NCBI GenBank assembly: GCA_028023455.1
Contig: JAQFVV010000005.1
Location: 8,680,001-8,744,000, forward strand
Origin: Epiperipatus broadwayi
Taxonomy: Eukaryota; Animalia; Onychophora
Length of the DNA: 64,000 bases
Direction: 5' to 3'
In this document: piece by piece, positions 50,904 through 62,069 of the stretch
How positions within the stretch are numbered: position 1 is the stretch's first letter
Layout: every line of letters begins with the position of its first letter
The notes under the pieces: generated by a model
Databases searched by the model: none
Told to the model about the DNA's origin: nothing
The model's input: the letters and a program-made list of their open reading frames with translations, nothing else
Translations under genes and position numbers: made by a program

Positions 50904-52904
50904 ATATATATATATGAGGTTAAAAGTAAAAAATTTCAATCGTAGTCTGGATAAATCTCACCTACTATTATGTGGATAGTATAAATGACAGGCATAATCT
51001 TTGTGTTTTCATTAATTATAACCTACAATAGCAAATATGCAAGTCAACTGACTAAATTGATAAGTTTCTATATGGTAAAGAAATAGATATTTTTAAGATC
51101 TTTGTACAGTGCAACTAAGAATAATAATCTTCTTAAAATATTGATTGGAATTCTTTTAGCCAAGATCAAATGCAGAAAGCGCAATATAATTGATCAATTT
51201 CAACATATAACTAATGTATTATATTAGTTACATTTATATAAATAGAATTATTAACTCTTGCCTTTTCAGATATATCTTATATCAATTTTAAATATTTATA
51301 ATGCAAATTGTTTAGTAATCACATGCTTCAGAATATCTTGCATACTTGATAATGAAGATGTTCTATATAAAAGCATATTCACTGACTAAATTAAAGTGTG
51401 TACTTTATTGTAATTATTGGATGGCCTTTTCTTACATTAAACACAGCAGAAATTATTTGGTGCACACTATATAATACTTGGTCTAATTTCAAAATGTAAA
51501 TATTACTAAATTATATATTTATATAAAATAAGAGATACATTTTAATCAAAATATCACATAATTTGAGACTATTCTAAAGTAATCCCTGCAATCATGAACA
51601 ATTAAGAATATCAGGTGCTTGTGTTAACTGGGTTCAACTTTCATTGGCCAGGCATATTGGATCCCATATATCTAGCAGAATAGCCATTTTAATTTGTTAT
51701 CAGGTTACTACATTGAACTCATACAACATGATGATCTATCTACCTACATTTTATTATATTTTTGCACTAAATATAAAGTTGCTTACCTAAAATTGTAAAT
51801 AGACAGACACACATACTGATAACTTATAATCTAAGCTTTTTGGCTGAGGGAACTTTTAAGTCATTTGCGTGAGGAGTCTGATTTAAATAGTTATAGCCAA
51901 TATTGAGCCAACATATTTGAAATCTAGTTAGTTATGCCACCTTCTCTCTATTCTATGCATATTTAATAGATGGAGTTCACCTAGAATAATATTGAAGCAT
52001 TCACTTCTGCTGAGACGTTTTGAACAAGTAAATAAACACAGATAAATATATGAAGTTAAACTTAGAAAGATTTTTTTAAAATTAGTATTTTAAGTTTTAT
52101 ATTTTTTACATTGCTCTTACATTTATTTATTTTATTTAGATTAACAGTACATGTAACTTTGGATCTTCTGCATTATATGTGGGAGTAACTGGTGCATCAT
52201 GTTCTGTGACTTCATTTCAAGGATAGTTGTAAAATATCTCAGTGGATAGATTAATGTTTTCATTTGATATTGCACATAAAACTATTTCCTAATATTTTAG
52301 TATTTTAGAAATTGTAATATTAAATATTTAAATATGCATGGTTATCTTTATTCTCTGAAAAATAAACAATGTCATATATGGTGTTGCTGAAGAGTCAGTT
52401 TGATAAATAGCAAAATACTATCACTTTCATATTGGTAAAATAAGGATTTTCTTCTCACCCTTGATTGTGTAAGTCATGTTTGAAGTATTGCAATATTTTA
52501 TTCATTTGTAGTGGACAGTATTAATGAATGATAAGTTTCATGAATCAACAGAATAATGCCTCTCTAATTGAATATTTACAAAAAACAAAATTAGCAGAAT
52601 CTGTTCCATTTAAGTGCAATATAAATTTCAAAACATTGGAGGTAAATGTATTATAAAAGAAAATTATTTCTTAAACTACAAATACATGGAAAAAGCCATA
52701 CTTGTTACAAAAGATAATTACAAAGTGCATGAAATTTTGCATGAAATTTTTCGATATTTTTAGTGTTATTTATGATAATAAAGACAATTGCAAACAAAAA
52801 ATATTTTAAAAAACTATGAACACATGTTAGAAAAAAAAATCTTTTTATTGCAATTTGTGAGATTATAATACTGGTTTCAAAAATAATTTTAAAAAGGCAT
52901 CATT

Positions 52905-53239
52905 TAACTCATATACATGAAACAGCTCATACTGGAGAAAAATATTTCCGGTATGGTTTCTGCAATTATTGGACAAAAAGGAAGTGGAATGTAAAGCTCC
53001 ATGAAAAAATTCATAAAGGAGAAAAATCTTTTCAAGGGAACTTGTATGATTACAAATAATCTGTAAAAGTGCATTTTATGAGTCATCAATTTACTCATAC
53101 AAATGAGAAACCTTTTCTCTCTGATTTATGTGATTACAAGCTTACTACAAAATGGAATTTAAAGTTACAGGAGAAAACTCTTTCAAATGCAGTTTGTGTG
53201 ATTACAAGACAATTAAAAAATGTGATTTAAAACTTCATC
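52905..53239 (+). pseudogene. About four degenerate C2H2 fingers upstream of the ZF ORF
   Basis: HTGEKYFRYGFCNY..., HKGEKSFQGNLYDYK*, HTNEKPFLSDLCDYK...; contains a stop and a frameshift. Confidence 0.75.
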
Positions 53240-54928
53240 ATGCATTCAATAGAAAAACTTTTTCAGTGTGATATTTGTGGTTTCAAAACTGTCTTTGAAC
53301 GTAATTTGAAAGGGCATTTATTAACTCATGGAGAAAAAACTTTCCAATGCAGTTTTTGTGATTATAAGGCATTTACCAAACCAGCTGTAAAAATACATGA
53401 AAAATTGCATACAGGACAGAAATCTTTACTCTGCCATTTCTGCGATTACAAGGCTTCTACAAAATGGTATTTAAAATTACATGTAATTTCTCATACTGGA
53501 GAAAAACTTTTTCAGTGTAGTTTGTGTAATTACAATACCGCTGTAAAACAACTTTTCAAGCGACATCAATTTATTCATACAGGGAAGAAACCTTTTCTCT
53601 GTGATTTATGTGATTACAAGACTACTACAAATTGGAATTTAAAAGCACATGCAATATCTCATACTGGAGAAAAACCTTTTCATTGTACTTTGTGCAATTA
53701 TATGACAATTAAAAAAGGCAATTTAAAACTTCATGAAAAAATTCATGCAATAGAAAAACCTTTTGAGTGTAGTACTTGCAATTACAAAACTGCTTTTAAA
53801 CATAGTTTGAAAGGACATGAAAAAATTCATGCAATAGAAAAACCTTTCAAGTGCAGTACTTGCGATTACAAAACTGCTTTTAAACATAGTTTGAAAGGAC
53901 ATGAATTAACTCATGAAAAATTAACTCATGAAAAACTTTTTCAATGCACTTTATGTGATTACAAGGCACCTACAAAAAGCTATTTAAAATTTCATGAAAA
54001 AATTCATGCAATAGAAAAACCTTTTGAGTGCAGTACTTGTGATTACAAAACTGCTTTTAAACATAGATTGAAAAGACATGAATTAACTCATGAAAAAATT
54101 TTGCAGTGCACTTTATGTGATTACAAGGCAGCTACAAAAACTATTTTTGATTTACATGAAAGATACCATTCAAGTAAAATAATTTTTCAGTGTGATTTGT
54201 GTGATTACAAGACGGGTGTAAAAGGTAGTTTCAAAAGACATCAATTATTTCATACAGGTGAAAAACCTTTCCAATGCAATTCCTGTGATTATAGGACTGC
54301 AACAAAAGCAAACTTAAAAGTACATATAAGATCTCATACTGGAGAAAAACCTTTTAAATGTAGTTTTTGTATTTACAAGACAACTACAAAAGGAGCTTTA
54401 AAAATACATGAAAAAAATCATAAAAGAGAAAAAAATTATCAGTGCAGTTTTTGTGATTACAAGACTATTGCAAGTAGTAAGTTTAAACTACATAAACAAT
54501 CTCATATAGCAAATATACTGTATCATTGTAGTATATGCGATTTTGAGACTAATGTAAAACACATACTCAAAAAGCATAAATTAACTCATACAAAGATCAA
54601 TTCTTTTCATGGTAATTTCTGTAATGATATGTCTTCTATAAAAGCTTATTTTAAAATACGTAAAAAACTTCATTTAGAAGAAAACCTTTATCATTGCAAC
54701 TTGTGCAATTACAAGACCACAACCAAATATAATTTCAAAATGCATGAAATAGTTCATACTGAGGAAAAATCTTTAAACTGGAGTTTATTTGGAGAAAATG
54801 ATATATGTGATAATTTAAAGAACAACAAATATAAAGAAAATCAAGAAAAACAGATAATCAGAGAAGGAATATTTAAGTGCTGTTTATGTGATTATAAAGC
54901 TACAGAAAAATGGAAAATCATAAAATGA
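53240..54928 (+). CDS. Tandem C2H2 zinc-finger protein (562 aa; 17 intact CxxC(D/N)YK-type fingers plus degenerate ones)
   Basis: Repeated F.C..CDYK......LK.H...H with HTGEKPF linkers. The last finger is frameshift-truncated. It may be one exon or a decaying gene. Confidence 0.85.
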   Translation: MHSIEKLFQCDICGFKTVFERNLKGHLLTHGEKTFQCSFCDYKAFTKPAVKIHEKLHTGQKSLLCHFCDYKASTKWYLKLHVISHTGEKLFQCSLCNYNTAVKQLFKRHQFIHTGKKPFLCDLCDYKTTTNWNLKAHAISHTGEKPFHCTLCNYMTIKKGNLKLHEKIHAIEKPFECSTCNYKTAFKHSLKGHEKIHAIEKPFKCSTCDYKTAFKHSLKGHELTHEKLTHEKLFQCTLCDYKAPTKSYLKFHEKIHAIEKPFECSTCDYKTAFKHRLKRHELTHEKILQCTLCDYKAATKTIFDLHERYHSSKIIFQCDLCDYKTGVKGSFKRHQLFHTGEKPFQCNSCDYRTATKANLKVHIRSHTGEKPFKCSFCIYKTTTKGALKIHEKNHKREKNYQCSFCDYKTIASSKFKLHKQSHIANILYHCSICDFETNVKHILKKHKLTHTKINSFHGNFCNDMSSIKAYFKIRKKLHLEENLYHCNLCNYKTTTKYNFKMHEIVHTEEKSLNWSLFGENDICDNLKNNKYKENQEKQIIREGIFKCCLCDYKATEKWKIIK

Positions 54929-55414
54929 ATCATTTCAGTGATCATGAAATCCTTCAGATTCTCATACAATTCACTTAAAATGATGTTTCATTTTTTTTTA
55001 AAAAAATGTTTAACAATGAAAATTTGTATTATTTTAATAAAATTTTTAAAAAAATGCTTTTCATTAAAACTTTTATACCATCACAAAACTAATAAAGATT
55101 ACAGAATTTTATATGAAAAATATTAAATTTGATTGAAAAATATAAATTGTGTTTTTAAGATTTTACTACTGATTGGCATTTGATTTTAAAATGCGAGGTT
55201 ATTGAAAGTGAGAAATAGATCAGTTATCAAATGAAATGAGAACTAGATAAATCATCTGCTGAAGAGAAAAGTAGATCAGTTATCTATTGAAATTAAAAAA
55301 GTGAGAATTACATCAGTTATCAACTGAAGAAACAAATAGTTACAGAATTCAGCTGAAATGAGAATCATATCAGTCATCAGCAGAAAAGGTGTCTTAATAA
55401 TTATTATGATATTG

Positions 55415-55722
55415 AAACAGGCAAAACTCACTATACATATTGCCACACACAGCAAGCTAGAGTAATCAATCGATGCCAGAAAGCTTGTGCATAAAATCCC
55501 CATCTAGTGCCTACCCATCCAATATCCCCAGACTAGTTTCTGGCTTGTGGCCTTCGTCAGTGAGAAGCCTTGGATCTGAGAGCACTACATAAGCCAGAAA
55601 CTAGTCCGGGGATATTGGATGAGTAGGCACTAGATGGGGATTTTATGCACAAGCCTTCTGGCATCCATTGATTACTCTAGCTTGCTGTGTGTGGCAATAT
55701 GTATAGTGAGTTTTGCCTGTTT
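55415..55722. mobile_element. 308-bp foldback element (135-bp arms, 38-nt loop) with 45-nt tail and 14-bp TSD
   Basis: Arms 55415-55549 and 55588-55722. TSD TTATTATGATATTG at 55401-55414 and 55768-55781. Confidence 0.9.
55517..55575 (-). ncRNA. Type I hammerhead ribozyme (family 2)
   Basis: ATCCAA-GGC-TTCTCA-CTGACGA-A-GGC-CACAA-GCC-A-GAA-ACTAGT-C-TGGGGA-TA-TTGGAT. Predicted cut between 55531 and 55530. Confidence 0.82.
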
Positions 55723-55794
55723 TACAACAGTTATACACAAGCATAAGAGGTGGTGGTCATGTGATGTTTATTATGATATTGCTTTTTTAATGAC

Positions 55795-55959
55795 ACAGGC
55801 AAAACTCTCCATACAATATTGACACTTAGTGCAAGCCAGAGTAATCAATGGGTGCCAGAAGGCTTGTGCATAAAATTCCCATCTAGTGCCAGCCTTCTGG
55901 CATCCATTGATTACTCTGGCTTCACTGAGTGGCAATACTGTATGGAGAGTTTTGCCTGT
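55795..55959. mobile_element. Centre-deleted foldback copy of the same family with tail and 12-bp TSD
   Basis: ACAGGCAAAACTCTCCATAC...GTATGGAGAGTTTTGCCTGT. TSD GCTTTTTTAATG at 55781-55792 and 56006-56017. The HHR region is absent. Confidence 0.85.
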
Positions 55960-57189
55960 TTCAATAACAATTATAAGCAAGCATAAGAAAAGGTGATCTT
56001 GTGATGCTTTTTTAATGCAGTTCAATTTATTTAATATTGCTGCCATGTTTACTAATTACATAAAAATATTTTTTTGAGTTTAACAATTCTTAGTGAAACG
56101 TTTAATATATTTAATGTGTGTTAGAATTGGATTACATGCATATATCTATATTTAAGATTTTTTATTGTAAACAGAACTCCCATGGATATCATAAGTCCAT
56201 TATTTTATTGAAAGTACTTGTTGGATTTCTGAACAAATATATGAGTAATATCTATTTTTTACTCGATAATATTTCCCATTAAGAATAGTGTATTTAATCG
56301 CTTAACATTCTCATCTGTACACAGAGGCAAAACTTGCCATACAGTAGTGCCACTCATCATGTGATGTTTGATCATTCTCAACTTTCTGAATTTTTACCAA
56401 TTTAGCAATTCCTTTTTGTTAAATTCAAAATACTTCAGATATAAATTTTGATTTTCGGAACAGAATTTGAATTCTGAATGGAGTTTTAAACTTTTCTGCT
56501 GAAAACAATTGTAATTATGTCTTTCTAACCAAACATGACATCTTTCTAAATTATTTATCCTCAAATAAAGAGGCAGAATAAGCTAAATAGAAATAGATTT
56601 TAAGAAAATAAAAACTTTTTAATTCTTGATTGTTATTGTCGATAGAATGATAGAACTGAGGAAATAAAATTAATAAAATAAATAGAAAAGGAATTCATAT
56701 TCTGTTTGACTAGAGTATGTAAAGAAAAAAAAATTAAGGGTATTAAATATAAGTTTGATTGTTAGCTAATTTTAAAGTCAAACATGGAGTTAGAGATTTG
56801 TAAAACTATTGTTATTTTAAAATTTATATGCTTAGTTTTTCTATAAAAGATATAAGAAATAATTGGTGTTTAATTGACCCCCTGCCCTCCCTAATATTCT
56901 TTGATTTTTATATCTTTAGCTTAGGTGTTCAAAATAAACAACTTTTATCTTCTTATAGAGAAAGTGGAATATAATTATATAATCAATAAAATTAGATAAT
57001 CAATAATGTTTCCAAAACACTAAATGAACCTTTTTGTAAAAATATATATATATGAAAAACAAAAAACACAAGTTAAAACTTGCTAATGCTTGTATTTATG
57101 ACAATAGATGGCGTTCTACCAAAAACACTGTCAAGCATAGGTTTGTTTACATAAACGTCAGAGCAAGCATTCACTATCTCTAACTTTAG

Positions 57190-57245
57190 TTCCACCTTCA
57201 GATCATGATTTCAAGCTATTTGCTATCATCAGTGAATGACAGGAA
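57190..57245 (-). ncRNA. Type I hammerhead ribozyme (family 1), copy 1
   Basis: TTCC-TGT-CATTCA-CTGATGA-T-AGC-AAATA-GCT-T-GAA-ATCATGAT-C-TGAAGG-T-GGAA; one stem I mismatch. Confidence 0.85.
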
Positions 57246-57591
57246 TAAGAAACTAGATCTAAACACAAACTCTGAGCGTTTATGAAACAGTTTCTATTCA
57301 GCTTGCAAGCGTGAATCTTTTAGACACGTAATGTCTTCAAACTCAGCATAGCAAGCCAGATAGCTACATGGGTCTGATATCAGTTCAGCATCACCACATA
57401 GTAGAAGCCTCTGCAATATATATCATTGCAAGAAAGACCTCAAAGGTACATTTATGAAAAACAAAAAACACAAGTTAAAACTTGCTAATGCTTGTATTTA
57501 TGACAATAGATGGTGTTCTACCAAAAACACCGTCAAGCGTAGGTTTGTTTACATAAACATCAGAGCAAGCATTCACTATCTCTAACTTTAG

Positions 57592-57647
57592 TTCCACCTT
57601 CAGATCATGATTTCAAGCTATTTGCTATCGTCAGTGAAGGACAGGAA
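57592..57647 (-). ncRNA. Type I hammerhead ribozyme (family 1), copy 2
   Basis: TTCC-TGT-CCTTCA-CTGACGA-T-AGC-AAATA-GCT-T-GAA-ATCATGAT-C-TGAAGG-T-GGAA; perfect stem I. Confidence 0.9.
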
Positions 57648-58093
57648 TAAGAAACTAGATCTAAACACAAACTCTGAGCGTTTATGAAACAGTTTCTATT
57701 CAGCTTGCAAGCGTGAATCTTTTAGACACGTAATGTCTTCAAACTCAGCATAGCAAGCCAGATAGCTACATGGGTCTGATATCAGTTCAGCATCACCACA
57801 TAGTAGAAGCCTCTGCAATATATATCATTGCAAGAAAGACCTCAGAGGCACAATTGAGCCACTGTAATATATATCATTGCAAGAAAGACCTCAAAGGTAC
57901 ATTTATGAAAAGCAAGTTTGTTTTTCATAAGAGGCTTCTACTATGTGGTGATGCTGAACTGATATCAGACATAGCTATCTGGCTTGCTATGCTGAGTTTG
58001 ACGACATTAATGTGTCTAAAAGATTCACACTTGCAAGCTGAATAGAAACTGTTTCATAAACGCTCAGAGTTTGTGTTTAGATCTAGTTTCTTA

Positions 58094-58149
58094 TTCCTGT
58101 CCTTCACTGACGATAGCAAATAGCTTGAAATCATGATCTGAAGGTGGAA
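58094..58149 (+). ncRNA. Type I hammerhead ribozyme (family 1), copy 3
   Basis: Identical to copy 2. Predicted cut after AUC at 58138. Confidence 0.9.
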
Positions 58150-58484
58150 CTAAAGTTAGAGATAGTGAATGCTTGCTCTGATGTTTATGTAAACAAACCT
58201 ACGCTTGACAGTGTTTTTGGTAGAACACCATCTATTGTCATAAATACAAGCATTAGCAAGTTTTAACTTGTGTTTTTTTGTTTTCATAAATGTACCTTTG
58301 AGGTCTTTCTTGCAATGATATATATTGCAGAGGCTTCTACTATGTGGTGATGCTGAACTGATATCAGACCCATATAGCTATCTGGCTTGCTATGCTGAGT
58401 TTGAAGACATTACGTGTCTAAAAGAATCACGCTTGCAAGCTGAATAGAAACTGTTTCGTAAACGCTCAGAGTTTGTGTTTAGAT

Positions 58485-58528
58485 CTGACAATAGCAAATA
58501 GCTTGAAATCATGATCTGTAGGTGAAAC
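58485..58528 (+). ncRNA. Inactivated hammerhead (family 1), copy 4
   Basis: A 24-nt deletion removes the stem I 5' strand. Core is CTGACAA (G8A) and the stem I 3' strand is mutated. Confidence 0.75.
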
Positions 58529-61500
58529 TAAAGTTAGAGATAGTGAATGCTTGCTCTGACATTTATGTAAACAAACCTACGCTTGACAGTGTTTTTGGTA
58601 GAACGCCATCTATTGTCATATATATAAAAGTCCTTTTTTTTGGAAATACATTTGATTGTTTAAAATTAAATCAAATGAGATGTTTATTAAAAACGTAATT
58701 AGAAATTATTGTTGGATTAAGACAGAACAAAGAAAAAATAAAAGAAGAAGAAAGAAACTGGAGCTAAGGTTGATGGGAAGATATGTTTTCATTATGCATT
58801 GGTATAGCTATATATGCAGGAGACGAAGAAGGAAAGAAAATGTTGAGTGAGAGTCAAAATGCCTGTAAAGAATATTAAGCGACTGAACGTGATAAGCAAG
58901 CTCATCAACTTGTAAAACATCAGAATTTTAGTAATTGTTTCTGAGTTGCAGTAATTCAGTGCTAGTTATTTGTCTTAAAAAGAATACTGCTATTAGAAAT
59001 ATGTTTAAATGCTAAATTTATTAAACCACAATTGTAATGGTAAATTTGTGTATCTACCAAAGCTATGTGCTAAAACCACTAATATATTAACCAAAATTTT
59101 AGCCACGAAGCCTCTCCAAACATGAACCAATGTTTGTTACAAGTGTAAAAATACTGCTGTTTCAAAATATTGCTTTTGCTTCCATAGTAGAAGTATTTGC
59201 ATATTTTCTGTAATTAAATAATTTTGATATATTGTTAGCCATCCTATTACATAAATTTTTAATATTGTCAGCTGAAAATATTTAACTGGTTTTCTGTAGT
59301 TTACCAGGCAGTTCATCAGGAATAACTGATTTTTCCATTAGCTGTCTTACTGTTAGAAATGATAGTATAAAACTCTACTCAATTTATGATTTGGGAGTTT
59401 ACATTTTGAAACTAATTTATTGTGAAGATTGTTCTCTTGTCTTATAAGCAGTCACTTTGTGATGTTATTCATAGAAAACAGTTTATATATGGTATAGAGC
59501 AATGACATGTCTACTTTCAATCATTTTGGTAATGTATTTATTATTAGTAGTAACTGTTACCATTTGAAGGATTAGCATGGTCAATGTGTAGGTTTGATGA
59601 GGACATTTTTAAATTCTGGAGAATTACTGATTTTGTTTTTAGCTGTTGTATTTTATATTTCCAGACATTGATAGAAATTATATATTTAGACCATCATATG
59701 TATAATTCAGTCTACATTTTCAATCTCACAATTTCTCTTTAGCCAGTGCAATAAGTTGAGCAGATGAGACAGTCTTCTGCATATATGATTACTTTAGATA
59801 TCCAATCCAACATTTCACCCTATATATCTAATATGAGTGATCCATTTCACTTTCCTATTTGCCAGCCTATTTGGATCCAAACTGTCTCTAAATCCTAAAT
59901 GGACATTAGTTCATCTAGCAACAAACTTGTTGATATTTCCATTATTTTAAATATCTATTATGGTAGAATTGTGACTCTTTTTATTTAACTCCTGTGAATT
60001 TAGTATAAGGCACATAACTAATGGCCTCAATATGAAATAAGCACATGAAGGCTAGAGGAAATCATTTTCTGTTAATATGTCCAACAATGACTTGTTTTTG
60101 AACTGCAAAATAAAGGATTCACCGTACAGTTTGTTATGAAATTTTTTATTCTTGAAATGACAGGATTTTTCCATTAATGTGAACACATATCTGTGTATAG
60201 ATGTAATGAGTGCTCAAAAGGAAAATGAGTATTTGTATGGGAAAGTTGGTAGACCATTATAACTAAATATTAAAGATTTTTTTGAATTATAGTGGGTCAG
60301 TATGGGTTCTCAAAATCAAGTTGCATTTTTATCAAAGGGATTATGTAAAAATTTGCCTCCCTTGATTTTGTTATGTAAAAAGTTTTTAGAATAATTTGTA
60401 AGGTCTAGAAATGATTGGGTTTCCTTTTTTTTTATTTAAACTTTAAAACTTAAAGGACTGCCTTTATCTTATTTATTGTTGATGAATATCGTTAGCATTA
60501 AATTTTACAGTTTGTCTAAGAAATTCCAGTTTTTGATCTCAAAAATGGATTTATCTGAATTGATATTAATAACATCAATTGTAAATTTGTTAACAAATTT
60601 ATAGTGATTTGTTACAAATGACTAGGATCTTTTGTGACTAAAACTAAAGCAATACAATGCATCAGGGATCTCATGAGCAAAGTTCATTATATTCTTGACT
60701 CATACACTTTCCATCTCAATACATTACTTATGGAAATTTTTAAAGTCACAATAATGACTAACTTTTTATGCTTTGTGGTAATTCTCCTAATTGGACAGGT
60801 TCAAAGTATACTTTTGCAGTATTAAAAAGTTTTAGAATGAAAGCATATCTATATAGTGAGTTGTCTGTTAATACTTGAGTGTTGACTAATGTATAGTTGA
60901 GTTTTCAAAATGGCACATTACCCATCCACCCATTCTTATAAATGCTAATTTTTTGATCAGATTTATTAATTGGGTTTCCTGTGAAAAGTAATAAGTAATT
61001 TGTAATTCAAACTGTTCCTATAAACAAATTTGACCTTGTAAAATAAATTTCATTGAAATATTATTTCTGGCTGCACTTTTGTCATATTGTAACTACTGTA
61101 ACTCATTCTACTTTTTATTTTTTATGAGAATTCTGTCATAATTGCATCGTTTTTGCCCTGCAACCATATCAGTTCTGTTGTATGTGAACATTTGAGTTAG
61201 TGCATTAGAAATTAGTTATACAACTTTTCATAAACAAAGAGTTTAGGTTTTTTATAACTTCTTTTAATTTTCATCTCTAATTAATCAAATCTTTCTGTAA
61301 AATGGTTACTAATAGGCATTATTAACTGGGTTAAACCAGAACCTGGAATAAATAGCACATTGATTTGATTAGGTGGCATACAATATGATCTGTGTGTAGT
61401 TTTATGGCTATACATCACACTGTGATGATTATTTTATAATTTTTTTTGTTCATAATTCAACCTATGTTGAATTATTTATATCAGCACCATAACCAAAAGT

Positions 61501-62069
61501 GCTGACATTAAGCTTGTAGTTGTTGTGAAATATATCTCAATAAAACTGAATTTACAGACATTTTTGTTTGAGTGGTAGCAAATATTATTAACTGTTTTTC
61601 TTTTCATGTAGTTATAGAATTGGTAGGTAGACTTATTTTATTCATTTTTTATGTTTTATAATCAACTAGTTGCACCTGCAGCTTTGCTGATATTAGTAGA
61701 ACAATGCTAAAAATTAAAGTATAAAAGAATATAATGTATTTGATAATTAAAATAGTTTTCAAATTTTTATATATAAGAAGGATATATTCTGAGAATTAGA
61801 CATTTTTTTCATGTTTCATTATTATCTAAATAAATTGCATTTTTGATGTATTGAATACCAAATAAAAAATTTCCTGCTAATTCTCTTCATTTCTTTAGCT
61901 CCACCCTCACATAATGTTTGAATCATTTGCTACTTTTTATGTTCCACCTGTACCTTTGCATTAGTAGAAATTTTGATAATTGAAATATATTTACATATTC
62001 CATTTTAAATATTTAATGTATGGAATGCCAAATAAAATTTTCCATCGCTAATTTTCTCAATTTTTCTAA

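Larger units (their letters stand above)
57051..58620. mobile_element. Retrozyme-like array: 402-nt monomer, two copies on minus and two on plus, forming a ~1.57-kb foldback
   Basis: Units start at 57051 and 57453 (period 402). Inverted units at 57931 and 58330. Rearranged junction at 57845-57930. (TA)n at both flanks. Confidence 0.92.

Noticed and set aside
55415-55722. Classification as a hAT/PIF MITE from its CAGG/GGC termini
   Set aside because: The TSDs are 12-14 bp and offset by a tail rather than abutting both arms, and the element contains an HHR.
57770-58045. 91-aa ORF across the foldback centre
   Set aside because: It spans the rearranged junction, is not present in the monomer, and has no domain.
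59285-59330. Isolated CTGATGA motifs (also near 19904 and 42236)
   Set aside because: No stem II followed by GAAA and no stem I/III pairing.
59400-60200. Possible very old RT relic on the minus strand (IIYAED-like motif near 59780)
   Set aside because: The spacing to other putative RT motifs does not fit and there are many stops; insufficient support.
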